Part shown: positions 39,334 through 52,874 of the stretch, piece by piece
Layout: each line of letters opens with the position of its first letter
Numbering within the stretch: position 1 is the stretch's first letter
Assembly (NCBI GenBank): GCA_964016885.1
Contig: OZ024758.1
Location: 17,298,001-17,362,000 of the forward strand
Length of the DNA stretch: 64,000 nucleotides
DNA from: Eledone cirrhosa
Lineage: Eukaryota
Direction of reading: 5' to 3'
Translations under genes and position numbers: made by a program
The notes under the pieces: model-generated
Database searches by the model: none
What the model was told of the DNA's origin: nothing
The model's input: only the letters and a program-made list of their open reading frames with translations

Positions 39334-39372
<39 letters not shown>

Positions 39373-39439
39373 TATACATATATGCATATATACATACACA
39401 CAAACACACACACACACACACATAAATATATATATATCA

Positions 39440-39778
39440 TTTCATTTTCATTTCATTTTACGTCCGCTTTTTCCCTGCTTGCAAGGGTAGGACGGGAACT
39501 GATTCTGGCTTGATTTCTACAGCTGGATGACCTTCCTAACACCAACCTCATTTACAGTGAGTGAAGGGTGCTTTTTTTAGCGTGGCACCTCCACGACCAC
39601 TTTGCAGTGGAATGATAGGGACCCCTGTCCCTATCATCTCATTTCTACAGCTGAGTAAACTGGAGCAATGTGAAATAAAGTGTCTTGCTCAAGGAAACAA
39701 CACATCACCTGGTCCGAGAATTGAACTCACAACCTTTCGATTGCAAGGTCAATGCTCTAACCATTAAGCCATGTGCTC
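39440..39778 (-). mobile_element. SINE C, full length
   Basis: Reverse complement of 26140-26478. Confidence 0.9.
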
Positions 39779-40070
39779 CATAGGAGCCATATTTATATGG
39801 AAAAGAAATGAGTTGACTAACAATTTCTTCAGATAAAAATTTCCAATAATCTTCACTGAAGTAGATATAATTTAATGAAGTTTACATTCTGCACAATCAA
39901 CTACATTTCTAATATGTAGGTGTAGTATTTCTTTTACTGACAAGAGGTGATCTATAGAGAATATAAAAATACTTATGGTGCATGATGTTTTATCAAAGAT
40001 TCAGAGTAAAATATACTTTAACTTCATCAACTATTGCATCTTGTAATATCATGAACTATACTATATATAT

Positions 40071-40520
40071 GAAGGTGCATGGCTTAGAGGTTAGAGCATT
40101 GGCCTTGCAAATGAAAGGTTGTGATTTCAATTCTCGGACCGGGTGATGTGTTGTTTCCTTGAGCAAGACACTTTATTTCACATTGCTCCAGTTTACTCAG
40201 CTGTAGAAATGAGATGATAGGACTGGGGTCCCTATCATTCCACTGCAAGGTGGTCGTGGAGGTGCCATGGCAAAAAAGCACCCAGGCCACACTGTAAAGT
40301 GGTTGTGGAGGTGCCACGGCAAAAAAAGCACCCAGCCCACACTGTAAATGAGGTTGGTGTTAGGAAGGGCATCCAGCTGTAGAAATGAAGCCAGAATCAG
40401 TTCCTGTATCAACAAGACAAGGTCAGCTGACCTGGCATTGCCAACAACAGGATAAGCCGTCTAACCCATGCTAGCGTGGAAGAATGGACGTAAAACGGTG
40501 ATGATGATGATGATGATGAT
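40071..40520 (+). mobile_element. SINE C variant with internal duplication and longer tail
   Basis: The CACTGYAARGTGGTYGTGGAGGTGCCAYGGCAAAAAAGCACCCAG segment is present twice. Confidence 0.85.
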
Positions 40521-41384
40521 ACACTTCTTTCACAGCAATGAAGGGGCACCTACATAGTTGCTTAACCTGTTAGAAATACCAGCAAAATCCTCTTCAAATC
40601 ATCATCCTGTGTCTTTATAAAGTAATATATGGTGGGGGTTATGTGGTAAAGATGGCAATGAGTTTGCAGCAATAAAATTCTTCTAATGAAGTAATGGAAT
40701 GACCGTCCATCTTATGCTTAAGTTGCGTGAGTGTGTGTGTGTGTCATCATTGATTCGATTAATGTCTATCTTCCATGCTAGCATGGGTTAGACGGGTATG
40801 TCCCATTCGAGGCAAGTTGAGTCACGTGATTGTGTCTCATATAGGAGAGTTTCTGGTTGGTTTTCTACAGCTGGATGCCCTTTCTAACACAAACCCCATT
40901 GACAGTGTGTGCTGGATGCTTTTTGACGTGCTTTATCATGAAAATATAATAGTAAACATAGAGTAATGTAAATGTTATGTGTGATAATTATGTGAGGTAA
41001 ATCCTTTACCATGAAAATATAATAGTAAACATAGAGTAATGTAAATGTTATGTGTGATAATTATGTGAGGTAAATACTTTACCATGAAAATATAATAGTT
41101 AATATAGAGTAATGTAAATGCTAACGGGTTAAACAATGAATATATATGCGTGTGAGTCAGTGATGGTCGTGTTCTCCCTCAAAACTTATGGTGACTCTAC
41201 AAGTTTTTGTTGTTCTCTGTTTTGGTGCTGTTTTCTGAAGTTTACAAAATTCCTGCCTCACAAATCTCTCCACACAATTGTTTCTCTTTATCTCTCTCAC
41301 TCTTTCCATTTATAATAGTAAATATAGAGTAATGTAAATGATTTAAATTACTTAAAAATAATAGGCATTCTTTCACTGGAAATA

Positions 41385-41570
41385 TAACTTTTTCTACTTT
41401 TGGCACAAGGTCAGCAATTATCCCAGTGTATTACTGGTACTTTATTTTATCGACCTTGTAAGGATGAAAGGCAAAGTTAACCTCGGCGGGATTTGAACTC
41501 AGACCATAAAGGGCAGTAACTCTTTGCTGCAAAGCATGGCGTCCGACCCTCTACCAATACTGCCAATTCA
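41385..41570 (-). mobile_element. SINE A
   Basis: Consensus match; TSD-like TTCACTGGAAATATAA. Confidence 0.9.
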
Positions 41571-41976
41571 CTGGAAATATAATGGAAGGGATTAAACACC
41601 TAAATAAAAAAAACAAAGAATATTCAGTGACTTGAACACCACTGGGAAGAGGTGAACTCAGCTTGGGTTCACCTGCATGCTATGTTAACTGTTCTATGAG
41701 AAGAGAGCAGGTAGTTGTCAAAGAATAGTAGACTAGAGGAACAGAAAACCAGAAATATACAAAATGCAATTCAGCAGAGTATATATAAATCTCATCATTT
41801 GCCAAACATTTCTATTGTACCAAAAGAAAAAAGTAATTTTATACTATGGGAAAACATGAAAAGTACAGCTTTGGTAATATAAGTTTCTCCCTTTTAGGTA
41901 TAATATCTCATTATCTGATGAGTTCCTTCTTTAGGCAGTTAGCCAAATATGGTTTGCTTTCTCTCTTCCATCTCAC

Positions 41977-42015
<39 letters not shown>

Positions 42016-42327
42016 ATACACACACACGTGTATCTATACATCACATGCATACACATATGTATGTATATGTGTGTATAAAAATATAGATGTAATATATATA
42101 TATATATGTGTATATATAAATAGAGATGTAATATATATATGTGCATATATATAAATATATATATACACATATACACCTATATACATTCTCTCTCTCTGTA
42201 TATACACACACACATGTATCTATACATCACATGCATACACATATGTATGTATATGTGTGTATGAAAATATAGATGTAATATATATATATATGTGTATATA
42301 TACTTATAGATGTAATATATATATGTG

Positions 42328-42358
<31 letters not shown>

Positions 42359-42391
42359 CTATATACATTGATATATCTATGCATATATAAA

Positions 42392-42433
<42 letters not shown>

Positions 42434-42581
42434 CACACACACATATATATGCATATTTTTATATATATATGAGTTTATCCCAGGTTCAATCAGGGGTAAC
42501 CACAGTAAGTAAGGTACTCAATACAAAGCAGAATGAAACAGTTCTAGTCCTGTAGAAGCCTTTTCTATATTATATATATAT

Positions 42582-42771
42582 TAATAATTGTTTCTACATT
42601 TGGCACAATGCCAGCATTTGACCAGTACATTACTGGTACTTTATTTTATCGACCCTCTAAGGATGAAAGGCAAAGTTAACCTCGACGGGATTTGAACTCA
42701 GACTGTAAAGGGACGTAACTATGCGTCAAAGCAAGGTGTCCGACCCTCTACCAATACTGCCAATTCACCGC
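42582..42771 (-). mobile_element. SINE A
   Basis: Consensus match. Confidence 0.9.
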
Positions 42772-42840
42772 CTTTATGTAGTAATAATAATAAATGTGAA
42801 GACTAAAATCCGAAGAGGGGTCGATAAGCATAATATATAT

Positions 42841-43216
42841 ATCATCATCATTTTACGTTCGCTTTTCCCTGCTTGCAAGGATGGGACGGGTCTTATTCAG
42901 CACAGCATCTTTGCATTCGTCACGGTCCCTCGTCATCTCCACCGTGAGCTTCAATGATCTGGGGTCTGTTCTCACCACCTCCGCCCATGTTTTTCGTGGT
43001 CTAGCTCTACCACGTCTTCCTTCAACTGGCAATTCCTGGCACTTCTTCACCGATCGGTCATCCTCCATGCGCATCACATGTCCATACCACCTCAGTCTCC
43101 TCTCCCGTACACTACATTCTATCCCTCTCAGACAGTTTCTCTCTCAACACATTTATGCTGGGTCGTTCACGCACATTTACACTGCACATCCAACGGAGCA
43201 TGCTTGCCTCATTTCT
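42841..43216 (-). mobile_element. RTE LINE 3' fragment
   Basis: Nearly identical to the 3' ~380 bp of the 50633 element. Confidence 0.95.
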
Positions 43217-43264
43217 CTCTATATAAATATATAAAAACCGTAGAGCAAAACACATTTATATTTA

Positions 43265-43297
<33 letters not shown>

Positions 43298-43341
43298 GAG
43301 AGTATTGAAGTTTGCTTGAAACATTGTGGAACAATAAGTAA

Positions 43342-43924
43342 ATATCTTTAAGTCGTTTGGAAGCCTCGACAATGCAAATGGGTAAATCTCCGGGTAACAA
43401 GGTCCGGTGGTGGAGAGAGAGATGTAAGTGGGTGTACGTTGAGATGCGTTGTGTGTATAAGATGTGTGAGATGTGTAGAATGAAGGGAAGAGTATAAAGG
43501 ATAAAAATAAAAATAACAACACAAGAGAGAGTTACCTTGGGAGAGATTTAATAGTCCCTATATATTTCGGATTCACATCCATCAACTGGTTTTTTTTTCC
43601 GATATTCAAAACAACAAACAGCGAAAGACGCATTCCGGACTTGTCCGACAGACAACCTTTTCCCCCACCCCGGAAAAAAACCCCAGTTGATGGATGTGAA
43701 TCCGAAATATATAGGGACTATTAAATCTCTCCCAAGGTAACTCTCTCTTGTGTTGTTATTTTTATTTTTATCCTTTATACTCTTCCCTTCATTCTACACA
43801 TCTAACACATCTTATACACACCACGCATCTCAACGTACACCCACTTACATCTCTCTCTCCACCACCGGACCTTGTTACCCGGAGATTTACCCATTTGCAT
43901 TGTCGAGGCTTCCAAACGACTTAA

Positions 43925-43930
<6 letters not shown>
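43342..43930. repeat. Foldback with ~260-bp arms and ~69-nt spacer
   Basis: 43342-43601 is the reverse complement of 43671-43930 with few mismatches (also seen as mirrored ORFs 43262-43522 and 43750-44007). Confidence 0.95.
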
Positions 43931-43959
<29 letters not shown>

Positions 43960-44135
43960 AGGTTACTCTCAAAAGTCAGAGTAATGGTTTTCCTACGTAC
44001 AACATGATAAAGCAGTACCTTGTTAATATATATAGGTGTGTTGGTTATGAACATGGATGCACGTACATACTTGTTTCAACATGATTAATTGAGTCAGTTG
44101 TGATATATTCATGTATATTTATATATATGTATCTA

Positions 44136-44292
44136 AGAGACGACTGGAGAGAAATGAAGCAAGCATGCTCCGTTGGATGTGCAATGATGAAGAAGGACCA
44201 TGGCGAATGGAAAGATGCTGTGTTGAATAGGACCCGTCCCACCCTTGCAAACAGGGAAAAGCGGACGTAAAATGATGATGATGATGATGATG
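44136..44292 (+). mobile_element. Internally deleted RTE 3' fragment
   Basis: CGACTGGAGAGAAATGAAGCAAGCATGCTCCGTTGGATGTGCA joined to the terminal ..GCTGTGTTGAATAGGACCCGTCCCACCC..(TGA)n. Confidence 0.8.
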
Positions 44293-45071
44293 GGTGTCCC
44301 AGAAGATTAGGTAGCAATTCCAAATGGTGTACACAATATGTACGATGTGTGCTTCTACACAGTTTCCATCAGAATACCAGATGTCATTCACATAACATTA
44401 ATCAGCCCCTTGCCCAAACTATCATGCAATGGGTTAAAACTTAAAACCATGCAGTTGTTATGAATTGAACTTTTTACACATAAATCATGCCTGTGTCCAG
44501 TATTTCTTTCCTTTGCAGCAACAGTATTAATACTGAGATATTAAGGATGCCATTTTAATTATTAGAAGAGTTGACCACAGTACTAGATACTAACATAACA
44601 CTCTGCATTTATAGAGTTCTATTCATGCTTACAATAATACAATTTTCAGTAACATAATTGCGATTTACAACTGACTTGGGTTCGGCTATTAAGTGTAAAT
44701 GGTCTTTACCATGGAGACAGATTAATGCTGGTGACAGAACATAAACCAAAGATTCTTTCAGCTTCAGGCTAGCAACTTATTTCTTAAATTGATTTATGAG
44801 AAGTCTTCAAAAGCAGTTGCATCAACAATAAATTCCTTTCAAGAATGGTATAGAAAATGGAAGTAAATCTACACAAAAAAAAATAAATGATTAAGTATAA
44901 AAATAAATCAAGTTATTTTTTTAAACGATTATTGGTTTTTAAGGTTTATTTCTATGGGGTTGTATATTTTAGATTTATTTAGAACTTATATCTTATGAAC
45001 TTCTGTCTGTATATTCCATTCATGTCATAATAAGGTTGTAAGAAGAAGGGCATCATTTGTAAAACATTGCC

Positions 45072-45304
45072 TTAACCCTTTAGCATCTTAACCAGCCATA
45101 ACCTGCTAGAATTCTCTCGCTTCTTTCTATTCAAACTGGCTGTAACTAGCCACTCATACTTATGGCAAGTTATTGTTTCTTCTCAAAATAAATAATACAA
45201 AAATCTCACAGATTCGATATTATGTGTGATAATTATGTAAGATAAAGTGTTTATCATGAAAATACAATGGTATATATAGAGTAATGTAAATGCTAAAGGG
45301 TTAA
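45072..45304 (+). mobile_element. MITE M1
   Basis: TTAA-CCCTTTAGCAT...ATGCTAAAGGG-TTAA. Confidence 0.9.
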
Positions 45305-45382
45305 AAAGAACCCCATGATCCCTGTGAAATATGTCTTGAGAGCTGAAGGGGCAGCCTTTGCTTTAGTCAGGTAGATGAGCTA

Positions 45383-45570
45383 ATAATTATCTCTACTTTT
45401 GGCACAAGGCCAGCAATTATCCCAGTACATTACTGGTACTTTATTTTATCGACCCCGTAAGGATGAAAGGCAAAGTTAACCTTGGCTGGATTTGAACTCA
45501 GACTATAAAGGGGTGTAACTCAATGCTGCAAAGCATGGCGTCCGACCTTCTACCGATGCTGCCAATCCCT
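45383..45570 (-). mobile_element. SINE A
   Basis: Consensus match. Confidence 0.9.
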
Positions 45571-46420
45571 CGATGATGACCTTATAATGTTTGTTGGTTA
45601 TTGTTGGGGAGAAAAAAACCTGAATACCCCTGCATAACTAAAGGTTGACTAGGTGAAACTCTATAAATAAGAACTGAAATGAGCTGTCAGCGGGAATTGT
45701 GTGTACAGTCTCGTAGTCTTTCAATAGTATTGGAATTACACCTGGTGAATACCTTGGGTGTTACCCTTGATTCGTACAGATATACTAAAGAGGTGTGTCC
45801 CACCATCATAACAAACTATTGGTATATATTGGATCATCAAGTATGAAATTTGTATAAATTTGTTAAAAAAAAAAAAAAAAATTTCTACAAATTTTATACT
45901 TGACGACCCAATATATTTCGAATTATTTTGGCAACTTTGAAAACAGATTAGATGATAAATTACCTGATAAAGTTTACCTGATAAAGCTTACTCTATGTTT
46001 ATAAACTTATCAATAAACAATGTATTTCCAAAGCTATGTAAGATTTAATACAGTATTACAGATATAAAAAAAGAGAAATTGTGAAAATTTCTTATAGTAT
46101 GTAAAAGACAATCTTTGATTTATATACATCCATTGAAATACACATTAACAAGTCTAAGGATTCAAGTAAAGTAGTCTTTGTTTCTTTAAAAAGATTATCT
46201 TATAACATTTCATTGTTTTAGAAAAGATTATCCTGAGATCTTAGAGTCCTCCTCATTAAACATGTGATTATTACTGCGAAGAAATTTAATTTTATCCTCA
46301 CTTTTCTAAACGATGGTACTAACTTTGTATAAGTATCTATTACTTCAATAAAGAATGTCTTATATTCAAACATAGCCTAAATTTTAGAAATCTAATTGAA
46401 CGTTCTTCCAATTTGTCTCA

Positions 46421-46649
46421 TTAACCCTTTAGCATTTAAACCGGCCCTATCTAGCCAGAATTCTCTCACATTTTTCTGTTCAAACCAGCTGTAACTGGCC
46501 GTTTATACTGATATTAAGGTATTGTTCTCAAAATAAATAATATCAAAATCTCGTACATTTGATACTATATGAAATAATTAGGTAAGATAAAGCCTTTACC
46601 ACAAAAATACAATAGTAAATATAGAGTTATGTAAATGCTAAAAGGTTAT
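46421..46649 (+). mobile_element. MITE M1
   Basis: TTAACCCTTTAGCATTTAAACC...TAAATGCTAAAAGGTTA. Confidence 0.85.
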
Positions 46650-47171
46650 ACTCTTTTACCTGTTCCAGCCATCCGGCTGAGGGCATGCTGCAGCACCAAA
46701 TCCGTTATGCTAAAGAATTAACATATTCTTTCAGCTTTGGATAAAAATCTTTGTTTTATTTGATCTAAGTTTTCAGTATTTGTATTCAAATTCTACTGAG
46801 GTCAACTTTACATCTTATGCTTTTGTGAGTTGATGGTTAAAATTGCAGGGCAATGATCTGGTGGAATTGTTTGAGAGCAGGGTGGATGTTGTGTGGTATC
46901 ATTCATTATATTCTAAGTTTAGGCAGTGGACTGTCAGTAGTGGTAGAACAACGGACAACATGCTTTGCAGCATAGAGTTATGGCCCTTTATATTTTGAAT
47001 TCAAATTCTGATGAAGATAAGTTTGCCTTTCATCCTTATGGAGGCAATAACATAAAGTACCAGTAATGCACTGGGGTTGATGAAATCAACTTTCCCTTCT
47101 CCCAAATTGTTAGATCCCAACCAAACTCAATGACAAGTAGTAGGAGTCATGACAAGAGATGTTCAGGGGAT

Positions 47172-47369
47172 ATAATAATAATAATTGTTTCTACTTTAGG
47201 CACAAGGCCAGCAATTACCCAGGGCATTACTGGTACTTTATTTTATCGACCCCGTAAGGATGAAAGGCAAAGTCAACCTCAGCGGGATTTGAACTCAGAT
47301 CATAAAGGGACGTAACTATATGCTGGAAAGAATGCCGTCCAACCCTCTACCGATACTGCCAATCCACCG
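47172..47369 (-). mobile_element. SINE A
   Basis: Consensus match. Confidence 0.9.
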
Positions 47370-47835
47370 TGTGTACAGTGCTCAGGTGTACTACAACTCA
47401 TCAAAGGTGCATGTATAGTACATAGAATAATGTACAAATGTCAGGAAAATTAACAGTGTACGAGTCATGTTGGAGACATTGCACGTGGCTGGTGTGGAGC
47501 ATTCTTTCCTGTCTCACATGCAGCATCCAACTGTGACTGTCATACAAGAGAATGCTGAAAATACAAGTTTTGTAGACCTTTGTAGATTTTTGTTATGTTC
47601 TCACAGATTACAGTTGTTCCATAGTATCTTAGTCAGTCTGCACATGGTAGTAGCATGCATACACACAGACAGACAGACAGACACACACACGCAGATAGAT
47701 ACAGACATACAGACATGTATAGTTTAATACAAATGACAAGACAAACACAGAGATGTGAAAACACTCATTAGTACCACGTGATATTAATGAGACTGTGTTT
47801 TTGCTTCCCTGTGTTGTCTTGTCATATATATATAT

Positions 47836-48250
47836 ATATTAATAAGAGGAATTCCAACTTTGTCTGATTTACTCGTTTTATTTACAATCCTTTAAAATTT
47901 ATAATGGTATTATAATGAAATAGTATGATAGAATTTAATATTCTATCATACTATTTCATTATAATACCATTATAATACCATTAAGGGCGGTGTATTGGCA
48001 GTATCGGTAGAGGGTCGGACGCCATGCTTTCCAGCATAGTTACGTCCCTTTACGATTTGAGTTCAAATCCCGCCGAGGTTGACTTTGCCTTTCATCCTTA
48101 CGGGGTCGATAAAATAAAGTACCAGTAATGCACTGGGTAATTGCTGGCCTTGTGCCTAAAGTAGAAACAATTATAATACCATTATAAATTTTAAAGGATT
48201 GTAAATAAAACGAGTAAATCAGACAAAGTTGGAATTCCTCTTATTAATAT
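47836..48250. repeat. Near-perfect palindrome (~100-bp arms, 5-nt centre) with SINE A (47984-48172) inserted in the right arm
   Basis: ATATTAATAAGAGGAATTCC...GATAGAAT[TTAAT]ATTCTATC...GGAATTCCTCTTATTAATAT; SINE flanked by ATTATAATACCATTA. Confidence 0.9.
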
Positions 48251-48287
48251 AATCTTCTATACACAATCATACACACCCATATGTATA

Positions 48288-48610
48288 ATGGCTTAGTGGT
48301 TAGAGCATTGGCCTTGCAATCAAAAGATTGTAAGTTCAATTCTCAGCCCGGGTGATGTGTTGTTTCCTTGAGCAAGACACTTTATTTCACATTGCTCCAG
48401 CTTACTCAGCTGTAGAAATGAGATGATAGGGACTGGGGTCCCTATCATTCCACTGCAAAGTGGTTGTGGAGGTGCCACGGCAAAAAAAGCACCCAGCACT
48501 CACTGTAAATGAGGTTGGTGTTAGGAAGGGCAACCAGCTGTAGAAATCAAGCCAGAATCAGTTCCCATCCCACCCTTGCAAGCGGACGTAAAATGATGAT
48601 GATGATGATG
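48288..48610 (+). mobile_element. SINE C
   Basis: Matches 26140-26478 with a small tail deletion. Confidence 0.9.
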
Positions 48611-48786
48611 ATATTTATATATATTAAAATGTATAGGAAAACCAATCACTAGGTGTGAAGTATAGAAAATTGAAGAATGAAGAAGTTTATATATATATAT
48701 ATATATACATATATATATAACGAAGGAAATGTGGTAAGGACCATAACGCACCAAAGTACTCAATACTTAGGGTAGTAGAGTAGGTA

Positions 48787-48817
<31 letters not shown>

Positions 48818-49394
48818 TAGGAGTTTGTATGTGCGTGTGTATTTTCAGACGTTTTACACTTCTCGTTATGACTGTAATTATTAATAAGTCATCATAATCA
48901 CAGCTTTGTAAATTAAATAACTGTTTTAATAAAATTACGTGCAGATTTTAAATATTTTGTTCATGTGTCACAGAATATCTGTAAGTCCATTATTCACTGA
49001 GCTGATGATGGTAGTGTTAGGATATTAGATTTATTGTTTTCCAAATGATCACCCATCTTTAAATCTGCTAGACTGAAATTGCTTCATAGAAGACTTATAC
49101 GTCTAGTGCCAATAGAGCTTATATATTATTCAAAAAGTAATTCCGTTTTCACAAATCAAACACTAAGCATGTATTTGTGTACCAGAGTTCTTTGGAAAAA
49201 GAAGAACATATTGTAAAAATAAACAGGAAACAAAAGTACAACTTATCGTTGTTTAAGTGATTCTCAACTAAATAAAGGATGGTAAAGCATTCGTTGCAAA
49301 AACTCTGAAACTCATCTATTTTGGAAAAGTGCCTGAATATTTAGGTAGCCATCTTAATAATACAACTTAAATTGCTTCACTTGTATTAATTAGA

Positions 49395-49477
<83 letters not shown>

Positions 49478-49512
49478 GTAAACAGAAACAACACAATCGG
49501 TACAGTATATGG

Positions 49513-49548
<36 letters not shown>

Positions 49549-49669
49549 AATATATACACACGCACACACACACACATATATATATATACTTACACAAAAA
49601 TATATACATATATATATCATCATCATCATTTTACGTCCGCTTTTCCCATACATATATATATATATGCAT

Positions 49670-49711
<42 letters not shown>

Positions 49712-50632
49712 TTACACATAAAAATATACATATATATATATCATCATCATTATCATTTTACGTCCGCTTTTCCTATAGTTATATATATATATATATATAT
49801 ACATACACACACACATACACACACATATATATATACTTACACATAAAAATATACATATATATCATCATCATCATCATTTTACATCCGCTTTTCCCATACA
49901 TATATATACAGACACACACATACATATATATACACATACATACACCCACACGTATTTATATATATATATATATATCCAGCTAAGCATTATCTTGCTACTT
50001 TGAGCATCTTCCCAGTCAAAGTGTGATTTTACCATTATCTTCAATGGTGTTACATTTCACTAAGATTATTTTACAAATCAATCTTTAATAGAGTTAATAT
50101 GCTACTGTGTAAATATTAAAAAGACGAAACTGTTCAATACATAAATCTACATTTGGCATTGTTACCTTGCTTTAATATCAGTAAAATGAAATGTAAACTT
50201 CTATATCTTTATTTTCCTTTTCTTTTTCATTTTTAGTTTCCTGTTTTCCTTTGTATTTCTTTTCTCTTTCTCTTTCATTGGTGTTGAGCCAATCTGGAAT
50301 AGTGTTTTGTTCTATGTATCAAAGTCTCATATTCTTAAACATATAAAGGACATGACAGTGGTCTAACATATTGATCACATCCTGATGTATTTTTCTAAAG
50401 GAAAGGGTCATCTAGTTATGGCAGTCTCATTCTGGTTTAACCTATACCTAGCAGTGCTTTCACTTGCTAAGAAATTGTTTTATTTCTATTCAGCATTCTT
50501 ATGATTTAACATAACAGACATTTCTTTAATTCACATTGGTCAGGAAAAAACTCTACTTTAGGTTGATTCATAAATACAGACTGATAGTCTGACTTCAGAA
50601 GAGAAGTCAAAGCTGCAAAATAGATCATGTGT

Positions 50633-51697
50633 ATCATCATCATCATCATCATCATCATTTTACGTCCGCTTTTCCCTGCTTGCAAGGGTGGGACGGGTCT
50701 TATTCAGCACAGCATCTCTCCACTCGTCACGGTCCCTCGTCATCTCCACCGTGAGCTTCAATGATCTGAGGTCTGTTCTCACCACCTCCGCCCATGTTTT
50801 TCGTGGTCTACCTCTACCACGTCTTCCTTCAACTGGCATTTCCTGGCACTTCTTCACCCATCGGTCATCCTCCATGCGCATCACATGTCCATACCACCTC
50901 AGTCTCCTCTCCCGTACACTACATTCTATCCCTCTCAGACACAGTTTCTCTCTCAACACATTTATGCTGGGTCGTTCACGCACATTTACACTGCACATCC
51001 AACGGAGCATGCTTGCCTCATTTCTCTCCAGCCGTCGCATATCCTCTTGCGGTTGCTGCCCATGTTTCACTACCATGCAGCATCGCGCTCCTCACACAGG
51101 CATCATACAACCGGCCTTTCGTACGCAGGGAGAAACCCTTCTTCGTCAACAGAGGAAGCAGCTCCCTAAACTTCTTCCAACCCGTCCTTATTCTAGATAC
51201 TATGGCCTCGGAACACCCTCCTTCCATGCTAATCTGATCTCCTAGGTACCGGAAGCTATCCACCACTTCTATAGCGCCCTCTCGCATTTGAAAAATCTGT
51301 CTATCAGTGCGACTTCTACTGTCTAATTTCCCTGTACATCTACTGCATACATATTTCTCCCTACCTGTTAGTTTGCCTGCTATCCCGCTACATCTCTTGT
51401 GTACCCAGGACCTGCATTGTGTGCATTTTATAGAATTTATGCCAGTTCCTTTTCTGCATATCGAACATGGCCATTTCCCTGACGGAATCAGGGTTTTGTC
51501 CTCTTTTCTACTCATCAACACTTTTGTCTTAGCTAGATTTACTCTCAGTCCTCTTGCTTCCAACTGCTGTTTCCATAGCCGGAATTTATTCTCTAGCTCC
51601 TCTACTGATTCTGCTATAAGAGCCAGATCGTCAGCATAGAGAAGTTCCCATGGACAGCCAGTCTTAAACTCCTCTGTTATGGCTTGGAGGACTATGG
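50633..51697 (-). mobile_element. 5'-truncated RTE LINE (RT C-terminal half, PHD-like finger, C-terminus)
   Basis: WELLYADDLAL (RT YADD), VNLAKTKVL, CSIC-CTQC-HKRC-CSRC, VDSFRYLG, HGSETW, one frameshift near 51050, RLRWYGHVMR, GRGRPRKTW, (GAT)n tail. Confidence 0.95.
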
Positions 51698-51720
51698 TGT
51701 ATATATATATATATATATAT

Positions 51721-52083
51721 ATCATCATCATCATCATCGTTTAACGTCCATCTTCCACGCTTGCATGGGTTTGGACGGGAGTTTTCCCACTTGAGGCAAG
51801 ATTTGTTGTCCTGCTCATATAGAACTGTCTGGAGGGTTTTCTACGGCTGGATGCCCTTCCTAACACCAACCATGTTTACTACAGTGTGGACTGGGAGGTT
51901 TTTACAGTGTTACCTTCACGGCCACATTACAGCGTGGACTGTGTGTTTTTTTTATCGTGACACCTACACCTCATTTGTTTCGGACTGGATGTTGTGGTAC
52001 CAACATAACTTCACATTTAAGGGGGTGGTGTGGATGGGGTGGGGGTAGTGGGACGGGGGTGTATTTTGTTAGAGGTGCCTACT

Positions 52084-52085
<2 letters not shown>
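51721..52085 (-). mobile_element. SINE C-related element
   Basis: Reverse complement of 5715-5955 and 31720-32092. Confidence 0.8.
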
Positions 52086-52120
<35 letters not shown>

Positions 52121-52874
52121 CATCATCATTATCACTGTTTAATATCAATTTTCCACCCTAGCATGGGTTAGACAGTTTGTACTATTATGGATAATGTTAG
52201 TTCAGCTGACCATGCCTTGCACATACAGATCTTATTTGTTAAATGGGTTGACAGGTTTCTGCAGTTTCTGTCTACCAAATTCCACTTATTTGGCATAGGA
52301 CAACCCAGGGCTATAATAGAAGACGCCCAAATTTCCATGAAACATCAAACTTAAAGCTATCTTGTTGCAAACTGAACTCTTTAATCAGATAGCATTTTTT
52401 TTTTTGTTTTGTTTAAAATTTACCTTTGTACTTGCTTTTGAATTAGCGATTAAACAACATTAAATTTTATTTACACTTTGATTACATTTAAAGCTAAACT
52501 TTAGAGCTATTTAAACTTCTCTATCAAACATCTAGTTAATTTAACAACATACGATTGACTCACATTTTTATAGCCCTGTTAATTGAATTCTTATTTTTGC
52601 AATACTTGAAAGATCAAAATACTGTAATCCCTTAACACAATCTATAATTTTGTAAAAAGTATTCAGTGTTTTATTTGGTTGCTATTTGCCAAAGCAATAA
52701 CACTGCACAAACAGAATTTTAAAATGGTGAATGTTCTAGAAATAAGGAGAGAGTTACTGGCATACATCAGGGTTTATGAATATTTATGTAAAGAAAGATT
52801 CCTTCTATCTCCATTACTAATCAGCACTTTTTAGATAGGATTATTTTAAAAATAAAATGATCACAAAATAAACT

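Noticed and set aside
48995-49120. CTGATGA...GAAA possible hammerhead
   Set aside because: Stem I cannot be closed with the sequence after the putative cleavage site; at most a decayed remnant.
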